A stretch of 54,706 nt of DNA from IMG/VR virus record IMGVR_UViG_3300037419_001325, positions 1 through 54,706 of that record; one strand, 5' to 3'. The notes beneath the pieces were generated by a model that worked only from the letters and a program-made list of their open reading frames with translations, was not told the DNA's origin and made no database searches. Below, one piece after another: positions 17,777 to 25,803 of this stretch. The position numbers and the translations under genes were made by a program. Position 1 is the stretch's first letter; every line of letters starts with the position of its first letter. Source of the DNA: a virus. Lineage: Duplodnaviria > Caudoviricetes.

Positions 17777-18383
17777 GGATTCGGATGCTCTGTTGCCGCG
17801 GTCATTTCTCGCTCGACCCGCCCATGTCGTCGCGCCCGAGCTGCTGGGGCGTGTACTGATCTCTGGGGGTGTGGCGTTGCGCATCACTGAGGTGGAGGCG
17901 TACGAGGGTGGGGATGATCCTGCGTCGCATGGGTGGCGGGGTAGGACGGCCCGTAACGCCACGATGTTCGGGCCTGCTGGGCATTTGTACGTGTATTGGG
18001 TGTACGGGATGCATCACGCCGCGAACATTGTGTGTGGTGGAGACGGTGAGTCTCATGCGGTGCTGGTGCGAGCTGGGGAGATCGTGGCCGGGGGTGTGGA
18101 GGCGGCGGGTCGGCGTGCTGCTGCGCGGTCGGTGAGGGAGTTGGCGCAGGGGCCTGGGCGGCTCGCTGGCGCGCTGGGGATCACTCGGGCCGTTGATGGG
18201 GTGGACCTCTGCGACTCGGGCTCGACCGTGCGTCTGGTTCGCGGCACCGCGGTGGGGGTGGATCGAGTGGAGAGTGGTCCCCGTGTTGGTGTGTCGCGTG
18301 CGCATGATGTTCCTTGGCGGTTCTGGATAGCGGATGATCCGACAGTCAGCCGATACCGCCGGCATGTGCCGCGCAGCCGGTGA
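17772..18383 (+). CDS. mpg: 3-methyladenine DNA glycosylase (AAG/MPG family)
   Basis: RITEVEAY, DPASH, MFGPAGHLYVY, YGMH, AVLVRA, GPGRL, GPRVGV, PWRF; start position uncertain. Confidence 0.92.
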   Translation: MQDSDALLPRSFLARPAHVVAPELLGRVLISGGVALRITEVEAYEGGDDPASHGWRGRTARNATMFGPAGHLYVYWVYGMHHAANIVCGGDGESHAVLVRAGEIVAGGVEAAGRRAAARSVRELAQGPGRLAGALGITRAVDGVDLCDSGSTVRLVRGTAVGVDRVESGPRVGVSRAHDVPWRFWIADDPTVSRYRRHVPRSR

Positions 18384-18472
18384 TGCCCCGGGGAGCCGCC
18401 CCAGCCGGAAGCGGGAAGTTATCCATGCAGCTGAGGCGGCCGTGCCCGGACGGGCACGATTGAGGGGGCACC

Positions 18473-18586
18473 TCAGCCGAGGAGAAGCCACAGGGCCCAC
18501 GCGAACAGGGCCATGGTCGACAACCACATGATCACGCCGGGCCACGGGTTGTTGGGCTTCGGTTCGGGCGGGCGTTGTTCCAGCAT
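18473..18586 (-). CDS. 37-aa membrane micro-protein
   Basis: MLEQRPPEPKPNNPWPGVIMWLSTMALFAWALWLLLG; AAGGA RBS. Confidence 0.55.
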   Translation of the reverse strand: MLEQRPPEPKPNNPWPGVIMWLSTMALFAWALWLLLG

Positions 18587-18589
18587 GGA

Positions 18590-18904
18590 TCAGTCCTTGG
18601 GTTGGGGTTTCAGGGTTCCGATGCAGTCGCGCAGCATCGCCACCACCGCGCCATCGAGCCGATACCGGGCGCCGCTGGCGCTGGCTACGTACCAGGTGGC
18701 GTTGTCGGTGTACGGGCCTTCGTCGCGGTAGTAGTCGATCTCGATACGGCCACCGTCGGGGAAGCGGTGGATGTGCTGTGCGTGGAGGCCAGGCATGTCG
18801 GGGTCGAGTCCGCCAGCGGTGAACCGGATCATGCCGTCGCCCATGTCGAACAGGTTGGCCGGAATCTCGGCCGGATCGCCTGCGGCGCTGGGGTCCTCGG
18901 TCAT
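18590..18904 (-). CDS. Hypothetical protein
   Basis: ATGA-coupled ORF. Confidence 0.6.
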   Translation of the reverse strand: MTEDPSAAGDPAEIPANLFDMGDGMIRFTAGGLDPDMPGLHAQHIHRFPDGGRIEIDYYRDEGPYTDNATWYVASASGARYRLDGAVVAMLRDCIGTLKPQPKD

Positions 18905-19341
18905 TCGGTGGGCCTATCGTCATCCAACTCGGCGGGCAGGTGGTAGTGGTCACTTGAGCCGCTGTCGGGTGCGCCGTCCGACCAGCCGATGCTGAATCCC
19001 CCAGCCGCAACGAATCGGTGGCGTTCGGTATCCAGGTGGGCGAGGTCGGTGCGCCCGCATTCCCATTCGACGCCGGAGCGGTACAGCACGCACTCATCCA
19101 GCGCGAGTGTCGCCCGGACCGGCGTCCGACCGGGCGCGATCAGGCCACCACGGTCGTACGGCGGTTCGATACCCAGCTCGGCGCGGTACGCGGATTCCGA
19201 CATGACCCCCGCTTCCCATGCCCGGTTCATGCGGTCGCAGAACCGCTGCACGCGCGCGATCGTGCGGCGGAAGCGGCGGCGGCCGGCCCGATCGTTCATG
19301 TCCGGGAAGTGGACAACGTTCCGGGGACGCTGGCGGCTCAT
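18901..19341 (-). CDS. Hypothetical protein
   Basis: ATGA-coupled ORF. Confidence 0.6.
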   Translation of the reverse strand: MSRQRPRNVVHFPDMNDRAGRRRFRRTIARVQRFCDRMNRAWEAGVMSESAYRAELGIEPPYDRGGLIAPGRTPVRATLALDECVLYRSGVEWECGRTDLAHLDTERHRFVAAGGFSIGWSDGAPDSGSSDHYHLPAELDDDRPTE

Positions 19342-19508
19342 TCCGAAGCCTTTCCGGTGAACATGCGGCCGATGGCGAGGATCTGATTGACCAGAGGCCG
19401 GGCGCCCTGGATCAGGGCGGTACCGGCTGCGTTCACCTCGGCGGCGAGCTGGTCCATTATCTGACCGATCGCCGGCTCGGGCGGGCGGGGGATCTGACCT
19501 CGGCTCAC
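19338..19508 (-). CDS. Hypothetical protein
   Basis: GGAGG RBS, GTG start. Confidence 0.55.
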   Translation of the reverse strand: MSRGQIPRPPEPAIGQIMDQLAAEVNAAGTALIQGARPLVNQILAIGRMFTGKASE

Positions 19509-19717
19509 GGATGCACCTCCCGCAGTGCGTGATCCATGGCTTCGCGCCAGGTGTCGAACGATGTCATGAACGGGCTGCGATACACGACCCGCCTGGACGC
19601 GTCGTGCTGGGTGATGGACACATGCCAGGCCCGGCAGGTGCCGAGTTTCAGCACCTCGTCGTGGAAGCCGCGGTGAGCGCGCCACACCCGGCAGCGGGTA
19701 TAGACGGGATGGTTCAT
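19505..19717 (-). CDS. Hypothetical protein
   Basis: GAGGT RBS, ATGA overlap. Confidence 0.55.
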   Translation of the reverse strand: MNHPVYTRCRVWRAHRGFHDEVLKLGTCRAWHVSITQHDASRRVVYRSPFMTSFDTWREAMDHALREVHP

Positions 19718-19815
19718 CCGTACACCTCGATGGTGAGGATGGGGGTGGTGTAGACGGGCCCGTACCCCTCCAGGCTGATGATCGGGTGATGCAACCAGGC
19801 GGTCAGGCAGTGCAT
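19714..19815 (-). CDS. 33-aa micro-protein
   Basis: AAGGAG RBS before MHCLTAW. Confidence 0.45.
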   Translation of the reverse strand: MHCLTAWLHHPIISLEGYGPVYTTPILTIEVYG

Positions 19816-20069
19816 GAAGTCTCCTTGGGGATTCGGGTGATGACGGTGGGTAGAGGTCGGGGACGGATGCGGCGGTAGGCGCGGACACCGGGCGCGGGTT
19901 GGGCTCCGTGGTGGAGGCAGGCGGGGCAGATGTCGCCGGTGTGTGAGCGGGTGACGAACCAGCCGCAGCGTTGGAAGACAGCGAGTGCGTCGGGGGTGTC
20001 GTCGGGGGCTTGGGCGGTGTTGCGGCAGTGGGGTTGGTCGCAGGCGATCTGCCACTTCTCCCGCCTCAC
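19803..20069 (-). CDS. Small Zn-finger-like protein
   Basis: CDQPHC...GW...DICPAC. Confidence 0.6.
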   Translation of the reverse strand: MRREKWQIACDQPHCRNTAQAPDDTPDALAVFQRCGWFVTRSHTGDICPACLHHGAQPAPGVRAYRRIRPRPLPTVITRIPKETSCTA

Positions 20070-20341
20070 AGCGTGTCCCCATTGGTGGGGGTGGTCTTCT
20101 CGTCGGTGGTGATGTATCCCCGTGCCTGGAAAATGTCGAGGACAAGACGCCGGAACCGCTCCCACCGCGCCACCTTCGCATCCAGTTGGCGATGCCAGTC
20201 CGCGTGCACCTCCGGACGGATCACGTACACGCCGCACGGCTCGCAGACCGACGACACCGGCGGTAGTCCCATCGGTGGGGACACCTGGGAAGGCTGCGGA
20301 GGGAGCGGGCGCCGGCGGGTGATCCGGCCCAAATTCGGCAT
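20066..20341 (-). CDS. Small Zn-finger-like protein
   Basis: CEPC...HADWH. Confidence 0.6.
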   Translation of the reverse strand: MPNLGRITRRRPLPPQPSQVSPPMGLPPVSSVCEPCGVYVIRPEVHADWHRQLDAKVARWERFRRLVLDIFQARGYITTDEKTTPTNGDTL

Positions 20342-20343
20342 GT

Positions 20344-20703
20344 TCACCGGAGCGGTCCCTTCTGCTGTCCGGTCCATGGCAGGGTCAGGCCATCGCCCTG
20401 CCGCCGCGGCACGTAATGCACATGGATGTGGGGGATGGTCTGGGTGGCGGCCGGGCCGCTGGAGGTGATCAGGTTGAAGTCCTCGCCCTGTTCGCCGCCG
20501 TACTGCTCGGCATACGACATCGCGCCCCGCATCGCCTCTGGGTTCGGGTGCTCGGCGTGCCAGATCGGGACGAACAGCACATGCCCGGGAGTGACCGGGT
20601 TCAACGGTTCGAACCTGACCACCGAGGCGTGGTACTCGTAGTCGAATTCGTCGGCGTCGATGCGTCGGCAGAACGGACAATCCGGGTCCAGGTCGTCATT
20701 CAT
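20344..20703 (-). CDS. HIT-family nucleotide hydrolase (copy 2)
   Basis: CPFC, PLNPVTPGH, QTIPHIHVHYVPR. Confidence 0.88.
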   Translation of the reverse strand: MNDDLDPDCPFCRRIDADEFDYEYHASVVRFEPLNPVTPGHVLFVPIWHAEHPNPEAMRGAMSYAEQYGGEQGEDFNLITSSGPAATQTIPHIHVHYVPRRQGDGLTLPWTGQQKGPLR

Positions 20704-21034
20704 TGGCGGCTTCCTCGGGTATGTGCAGGATGGTCGCTACGCCTTGGCGGGCCACCTGGGATGACGTCCACAGCAGGTACAGATCCATTGCCCGCCACAG
20801 CGCGCCCTTCGAGTTCCGTTGCTTGTGGCAGGCGACTCCGTTCACCAGGATCAGCGAGCCGAGCGGCAACGCCCGGAGTTCTTCGGCGGTCTCGATGCGG
20901 CGGGGTGGCGGGCACCAGCCCTCGGCGATGATCGCGGCGGCGGCGTCCTCCAGGTCCTCCCGGTCGTTGTCGATCAGCTGCGGATCGGCCGCGCGCTGGA
21001 TGATGTCGGCGAGCTGGTCGCGCAGATCAGGCAT
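20696..21034 (-). CDS. Hypothetical protein (paralog of 13438..13944)
   Basis: RDQLADII...EGWCPPPRRIE...ATILHIPEEA. Confidence 0.65.
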   Translation of the reverse strand: MPDLRDQLADIIQRAADPQLIDNDREDLEDAAAAIIAEGWCPPPRRIETAEELRALPLGSLILVNGVACHKQRNSKGALWRAMDLYLLWTSSQVARQGVATILHIPEEAANE

Positions 21035-21638
21035 CGCTGACCTTCCGCAGTGCGTACACGGCCACCCCCGGCAGAGCCGGACGCCGATACTCCGCCCTCT
21101 CCACAGCCTGACCACGAGTCGGATACGCCACATGCTCCAACCCGCACACACGGTCCTGATCGTTCAGGAAACCGGTCACATACCCGGCAGGGAACGGTTG
21201 GGAGGCTTCGAGTTTGATCGGCTCGGCGTGCGGTACCGGCTCCGAACTGCCCACGTCGCCGCGGGAGTGACATGGCCCCACCTCGTGCTCGCTGAGGACG
21301 CATGGGCCGTCGTCGGTCAGCTTGCCGCATTTCAGGTGGAAGATGTTTCGCACGACACCAAGCAGGTTCGCCCACGTGTCCGCGATGGAGTTGCGCTCCA
21401 TGTAGCCGTCGAACTCCTCGACAGGACAGCCCAATGCCATCCAGAGATCGAGAGCGAATCCAATCTGCACCGAGAGGGCCACGCGTCGGCTCTGCTCCTC
21501 CAGCTCCGCGATACGGGCTCGGGCGTCGATCAGTTCGGCCGCCATCGATCGCTCGTTCGCGTTGGTGCACACATACTCGTCGTCGCGGAGCTGCCGCAGG
21601 CGCGCGTCCGTGAGCGGTTCGGGTGTCTGGTCAGTCAC
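21027..21638 (-). CDS. Hypothetical mosaic protein
   Basis: GAGGAG RBS, GTG; ARARIAELE coiled segment. Confidence 0.65.
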   Translation of the reverse strand: MTDQTPEPLTDARLRQLRDDEYVCTNANERSMAAELIDARARIAELEEQSRRVALSVQIGFALDLWMALGCPVEEFDGYMERNSIADTWANLLGVVRNIFHLKCGKLTDDGPCVLSEHEVGPCHSRGDVGSSEPVPHAEPIKLEASQPFPAGYVTGFLNDQDRVCGLEHVAYPTRGQAVERAEYRRPALPGVAVYALRKVSDA

Positions 21639-22251
21639 GGTAGGGCTCCTCGTATGTTCCGTGTACGACCATCCGCAACTCCTCGATGGCGACATGAAGC
21701 CCTTCGGCGAGGCCGTACTCACCGGCGGCGCGATGCTCGGACTCCTCGGCCGCCCACTTTTCGAACAAGTCAGTGACCCTGCTGATGGTCTGGATTGCGG
21801 CGTGGAGAGCGTCTTGTTCGATCGCCCGGCCGGACTCCAGGCTGGTGATGCGGGCACGGGTGGCGGCCAGCTGGTCGTCACGTTCGGAGACGAGAGTCTG
21901 GGTCCCCCAGAGCTGCCCGGTGAGGACGTTGCGGTCGGCCCCCATGCAGTCGAGTGCTCGGCGGATGTAGTCACGCTCGGCAGCGAACCAGGCGGCCCAC
22001 CGGCACGCCTCGCCGAAACGCTTGAGTGGTGGCTCAGGTGATTCCAACTCGGCGATACGAGCGCGGGCGGCTTCGAGCTGATCGAGCAGTTTCAGCACAC
22101 CAGCAGGACTGCCCGCTGCCAGCGACCAATCCAAATACTGGCCCTTGACCACGTCGCTGAGGTCGTTGACCGAGTCGCGGGCTACCTCGGTGACCCTGCG
22201 CCACTCGGCGAGCTGTTCGTCCGTGAACTGCTCGGATGCTTGATCAGGCAT
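21631..22251 (-). CDS. Ead/Ea22-like coiled-coil protein
   Basis: AAGSPAGVLKLLDQLEAARARIAELE resembles the Ea22-type motif. Confidence 0.5.
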   Translation of the reverse strand: MPDQASEQFTDEQLAEWRRVTEVARDSVNDLSDVVKGQYLDWSLAAGSPAGVLKLLDQLEAARARIAELESPEPPLKRFGEACRWAAWFAAERDYIRRALDCMGADRNVLTGQLWGTQTLVSERDDQLAATRARITSLESGRAIEQDALHAAIQTISRVTDLFEKWAAEESEHRAAGEYGLAEGLHVAIEELRMVVHGTYEEPYRD

Positions 22252-22651
22252 TGGTCTGCACTTCCGTGAGGATCGGCCAGTCCACCGTGGCATCCGGATG
22301 GCCTGGTTGAGGGATGGTGCCGTGATGCCGCCCTGCGTGACCGTTCGGCAGCTCGCACCAGACGGTGCGGCCAGGATCGTTGACCAGCACGCCCGTGGTC
22401 GAGGTTGTGGCTTGGCAGCGGACAGCGGCGACCGCTTGATCGCAGCCGTATTCGTCGCGGGCCCGGTAGCCCGCCTCGTAACCCGTCCGATACAGACCGA
22501 ACGCATACGACAAACACACGACAGTCGCCCCACCAACCACGATGTGCGGCCACGAAGTAGTGATCAGCAACAACACCGGGACACCGAACAACACCACCAG
22601 GAGAGCGGTGCCGGCGTAGCGGACGAAGACACCGGATTCGCGGCGCATCAT
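22244..22651 (-). CDS. Membrane protein with C-terminal Cys/His motif
   Basis: Two TM segments; CELPNGHAGRH. Confidence 0.6.
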   Translation of the reverse strand: MMRRESGVFVRYAGTALLVVLFGVPVLLLITTSWPHIVVGGATVVCLSYAFGLYRTGYEAGYRARDEYGCDQAVAAVRCQATTSTTGVLVNDPGRTVWCELPNGHAGRHHGTIPQPGHPDATVDWPILTEVQTNA

Positions 22652-23148
22652 GACGCCTCCCGCTTCGCAGCGCGCAGGCAGGCAGCACACTCGGCGCGAC
22701 CACCGACTATGTGCCACTGCGCGGACCACGTGTAGGCGCGTGCCCGACCACAGACCGCTGCGACCTCCTCGCGGCGCCCGAACCCGCTGTGCTGACCCTT
22801 CTCGATGACCAGCGGGACCAGGTGCAGGACGCGACCGTCGTGCGTTCCGGCCCAGGTGTGACCTTCACGCTCCGGACGCGGCTCCACTCCCCACTTCGGG
22901 GTGTGAGCGCAGTTGTCGGCGATCCGGGTGTCCGAGTTCCGCTTGATCTGCACGGTGTAACCGGCCTTCTCGTCGCGGCGGCGGACCGCCTTCGATCCGA
23001 AGAAACCTTCTCGTGCTTCCTCTTCCGAACTTGTGTATCGGCAGGTAGCCCAAGCGCATTCGCACCCACAGGGGGCGATGAGTACCCAGGTGCATTCCTT
23101 GGCCGGGACAGGTTGTCCGTCGACTTCGAAATAAGTAGTGACAGCCAT
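22648..23148 (-). CDS. Cys-rich hypothetical protein
   Basis: PCGCEC, CAAC. Confidence 0.65.
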   Translation of the reverse strand: MAVTTYFEVDGQPVPAKECTWVLIAPCGCECAWATCRYTSSEEEAREGFFGSKAVRRRDEKAGYTVQIKRNSDTRIADNCAHTPKWGVEPRPEREGHTWAGTHDGRVLHLVPLVIEKGQHSGFGRREEVAAVCGRARAYTWSAQWHIVGGRAECAACLRAAKREAS

Positions 23149-23153
23149 TGCGA

Positions 23154-23570
23154 TCAGCCCTCGGCCGGGATGAGGGTGACGTCGTCCAACTTGATGTATC
23201 GGACGTCGGGGCCGATGGTGACGTAGTCGTTGCCGGTGATGAAGTCGTTCGCGATCCAACCCGGATCGCCCGGTTCGGCGCCGATACGCGACGTCGTTTC
23301 CCAGTAGCCGCCGAAGCTGTTGCGGGGGATGGCCTGATAGGTGCCGGGCGCGATCTGCTCGGGGACCTTCCAACGTCCATTGGTGGACAGCGGGTTCGCG
23401 GGCGGGGAAGTGTGGCGGATCGCGGGCTGCTCGGCGCGGGCGGGGACGAGGCCCGCGGTGGTGGACAGGCTGGCGGGGGAGCTGAGGTTGTTGTCGGGGT
23501 CGCAGGCGGTGACACCGAGAGCGAGGACAGCGGCGGCGATAACGGGGATGGCGCGGCGCAGGATGCGCAT
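23154..23570 (-). CDS. Lipoprotein
   Basis: Signal peptide with lipobox VTAC; GRWKVPEQIAPGTY...YWE domain common in actinobacterial lipoproteins. Confidence 0.75.
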   Translation of the reverse strand: MRILRRAIPVIAAAVLALGVTACDPDNNLSSPASLSTTAGLVPARAEQPAIRHTSPPANPLSTNGRWKVPEQIAPGTYQAIPRNSFGGYWETTSRIGAEPGDPGWIANDFITGNDYVTIGPDVRYIKLDDVTLIPAEG

Positions 23571-23628
23571 AGTCAATTGCCTTTCGGAGATCTCGGGACG
23601 TGCGGGGCAGCAGGGGCCCATCGCGGGG

Positions 23629-23973
23629 TTAGGAGTTGGCTTCGGTGTCGATCCGGGCGGCGTCCTGCACCATCACGATCGCGGCGCGAACGTCGTCGTT
23701 GCTGATCGCGTCGTCGCCCTTGTTGACGAGGATGTGTTCGAGGATCTGGTCGGTGTCGCAGGTGTAGGGGAGGTTGGTGTTCCAGTCCTCGTCCTCCACC
23801 GCGAAGCCGATGCCGATGGTCAGGAACTTGGGGAACCCGACAACGGCCTGGCGGTCGCTGAGCTTCACGCGATACGCCCAGTACGACTCATCGACTGCGG
23901 GCGTGATCAGCACCGGCCCGACTTGCTTCGTCTCGTTGTCCTGGTTGCGGCGTTCGAGCACGAGATCGGTCAT
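23629..23973 (-). CDS. Conserved hypothetical phage protein
   Basis: GFPKFLTIGIGFA...DWNTNLPY. Confidence 0.65.
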   Translation of the reverse strand: MTDLVLERRNQDNETKQVGPVLITPAVDESYWAYRVKLSDRQAVVGFPKFLTIGIGFAVEDEDWNTNLPYTCDTDQILEHILVNKGDDAISNDDVRAAIVMVQDAARIDTEANS

Positions 23974-24104
23974 CAGTAGTTCGCTTTCTGGTCGTTGTCG
24001 TGGGGGTCGCACCAGGTGGTGACTTCGCCTGTGCCGCCGCAGAACCGGCAGCCCTCACCGCGGCAGTGCTCGCACAAGCCCCAGTGCTGGATACGGGCGG
24101 GCAT
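23973..24104 (-). CDS. 43-aa DnaJ-like Zn-finger micro-protein
   Basis: CEHCRGEGCRFCGGTG; TGATG coupling. Confidence 0.55.
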   Translation of the reverse strand: MPARIQHWGLCEHCRGEGCRFCGGTGEVTTWCDPHDNDQKANY

Positions 24105-24352
24105 CAGCGGGCCGAGTTGCGGAAAGCGTCGGAGACGATCGCCATCAGATGGTTGGCGCGGGCCACGATCGCCTCGGCGTCGGCTTCCGCGATGTCGCTC
24201 AGACCGGGCCGACGCCAGGCAGCCGACGATTCGAACCGGGTCGCGAGGTGGTCGGTCACCAGGTGCCGGGCGAGCATGTCGATGGTCGCGACACGATCGT
24301 GCGCCATTGCGTGGGTGACGTATGCGCCGATATCGGCGGTGGGTGAACTCAA
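24104..24352 (-). CDS. Hypothetical protein (behind leader, TTG start)
   Basis: AGGAG RBS inside leader hairpin 2. Confidence 0.7.
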   Translation of the reverse strand: MSSPTADIGAYVTHAMAHDRVATIDMLARHLVTDHLATRFESSAAWRRPGLSDIAEADAEAIVARANHLMAIVSDAFRNSAR

Positions 24353-24427
24353 TTCCGGCTCCTATCCGGGTGATGCCAGCTGATCTGGCGATGGCTTGAA
24401 TATACCTGCGTTCGCAGGTGCGGTCAA
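24353..24427 (-). promoter_or_regulatory. sigA-type promoter plus two-hairpin leader copy 7
   Basis: TTGACC-N17-TATATT; spacer holds IR ACCTGCG-TT-CGCAGGT; GCCAG-ATCAG-CTGGC, CCGG-ATAGGAG-CCGG. Confidence 0.85.
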
Positions 24428-24469
24428 ACAGTGCGGCGTGTCGCCGAAATATCGACGTTCACACCGCTT

Positions 24470-25294
24470 TCACGCTGACAACTCGTCGCGACCATCGTCC
24501 ATGCTTACGCTCGTATCCGGTCGGTACCGCACCACGTGCCGTTTGCTGATGCCGAGCCGCACCGCTATCTGTTCGATGGACAGGCCGGCAGCGGTGAGGC
24601 GCGCGACTTCCTCCCGGCGGACGTCGGCGCGCTCCCGGAACCCGTTGCCCTTCGCTACACCGGACGGTTTCACGATCACGGTCGGATCATCGATGTCGTG
24701 GCCTTCCCAATCCAGCGGGGGAGCCCACCCGTGCTTGCGTGCACGGTTGCGGGCCTGCGTGCTGGACTGGCCTTTCGGGGCTGGGGTGGCGGACAACTGT
24801 TCGTACAGGTCGTGGATGGCCGACCAGGTGTCCCAGTTGATGTGCCTGCGCGGCGGGGCGGGGGCGGCGATTTTCGTGATCACCGCGGCGGTCAACGGGC
24901 AGCGCAGGGACAGGACATGCCAGGACCAGCCGAGGGCGTGGAGCGCGCGCAGGCGACGTACGGCGCCGATAGCGGATACGACTTGTTGGCGGGGGTTGGG
25001 GTGCCAGTCGACGGCGCGGATGGCGGTGGCTTGCCGGATGCGGGTGGTGTCCCATTTCCCGGTGCTGATGTTGAGCACGCAGTGGTAGCGGACCCCGGCG
25101 TCGCGGGCGATGGAGGACATGGGGAGCTGGTGGTCGACCAGGTATTGGATGTGTTCCCGGATCGGGGTGGAGTCGACGTAACCGGGCATCCCGGCGAACC
25201 GGGTTTTCATCTCGTATTTGGCGTGTTTGCGGCCTTTCGGGGTGGCGTACTGCGATTTCACGGCAGCGGACGGGGTGGCGATTCTCAATGGCAC
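24470..25294 (-). CDS. Multi-HTH DNA-binding protein
   Basis: RRLRALHALGW, GWAPPLDW, C-terminal HTH GLSIEQIAVRLGISKRHVVRY. Confidence 0.75.
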   Translation of the reverse strand: MPLRIATPSAAVKSQYATPKGRKHAKYEMKTRFAGMPGYVDSTPIREHIQYLVDHQLPMSSIARDAGVRYHCVLNISTGKWDTTRIRQATAIRAVDWHPNPRQQVVSAIGAVRRLRALHALGWSWHVLSLRCPLTAAVITKIAAPAPPRRHINWDTWSAIHDLYEQLSATPAPKGQSSTQARNRARKHGWAPPLDWEGHDIDDPTVIVKPSGVAKGNGFRERADVRREEVARLTAAGLSIEQIAVRLGISKRHVVRYRPDTSVSMDDGRDELSA

Positions 25295-25311
25295 TTCGGA
25301 TTCTCCGGTGG

Positions 25312-25803
25312 TCAGAACAGGGGCAGGGTGTCGATGTGGGCGAGGGGCCGGCGCCGGGTGCGGGGTGGGTGGACGACGATCACCGAGGGGGGACAGGGCT
25401 GGTCGGCGAGTCGCCGCATTTCGGCCAACTGTCCGATGAGCCGGTTTTCGGAGTCGCGGAGCCGGTCGCGGTCCGCCATGAGCTGGTTCATGGCGTCGGG
25501 GGTGACGCGGGAGGCACGAACCTTGCTCTCCGCCTTCTCCACTGCCGCCTCGGCGGCCAGCAACTGGGTGGTGAGGACGGCTACGGGTTCGGTGCGGGCC
25601 ATTTGGATGGTGCGGCGGGACACATGGAGCCATGCGGCGATGGTGTCGGTGGTGTGACCGCGGTGGGTGAGGTGAGCGACCAGCCATGCCCGGTCGCTGG
25701 CGGGGAGTTTCACGCCCTGGACACGCCCAGCTATCGCGGCGTCGATCAAGCATTCATCCGGGTTCCAACGGGGCTGGTGCATGGGCAGGACGGTCACGGT
25801 CAC
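25312..25803 (-). CDS. HTH plus coiled-coil protein
   Basis: RGHTTDTIAAWLHVSRRTIQ HTH. Confidence 0.65.
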   Translation of the reverse strand: MTVTVLPMHQPRWNPDECLIDAAIAGRVQGVKLPASDRAWLVAHLTHRGHTTDTIAAWLHVSRRTIQMARTEPVAVLTTQLLAAEAAVEKAESKVRASRVTPDAMNQLMADRDRLRDSENRLIGQLAEMRRLADQPCPPSVIVVHPPRTRRRPLAHIDTLPLF

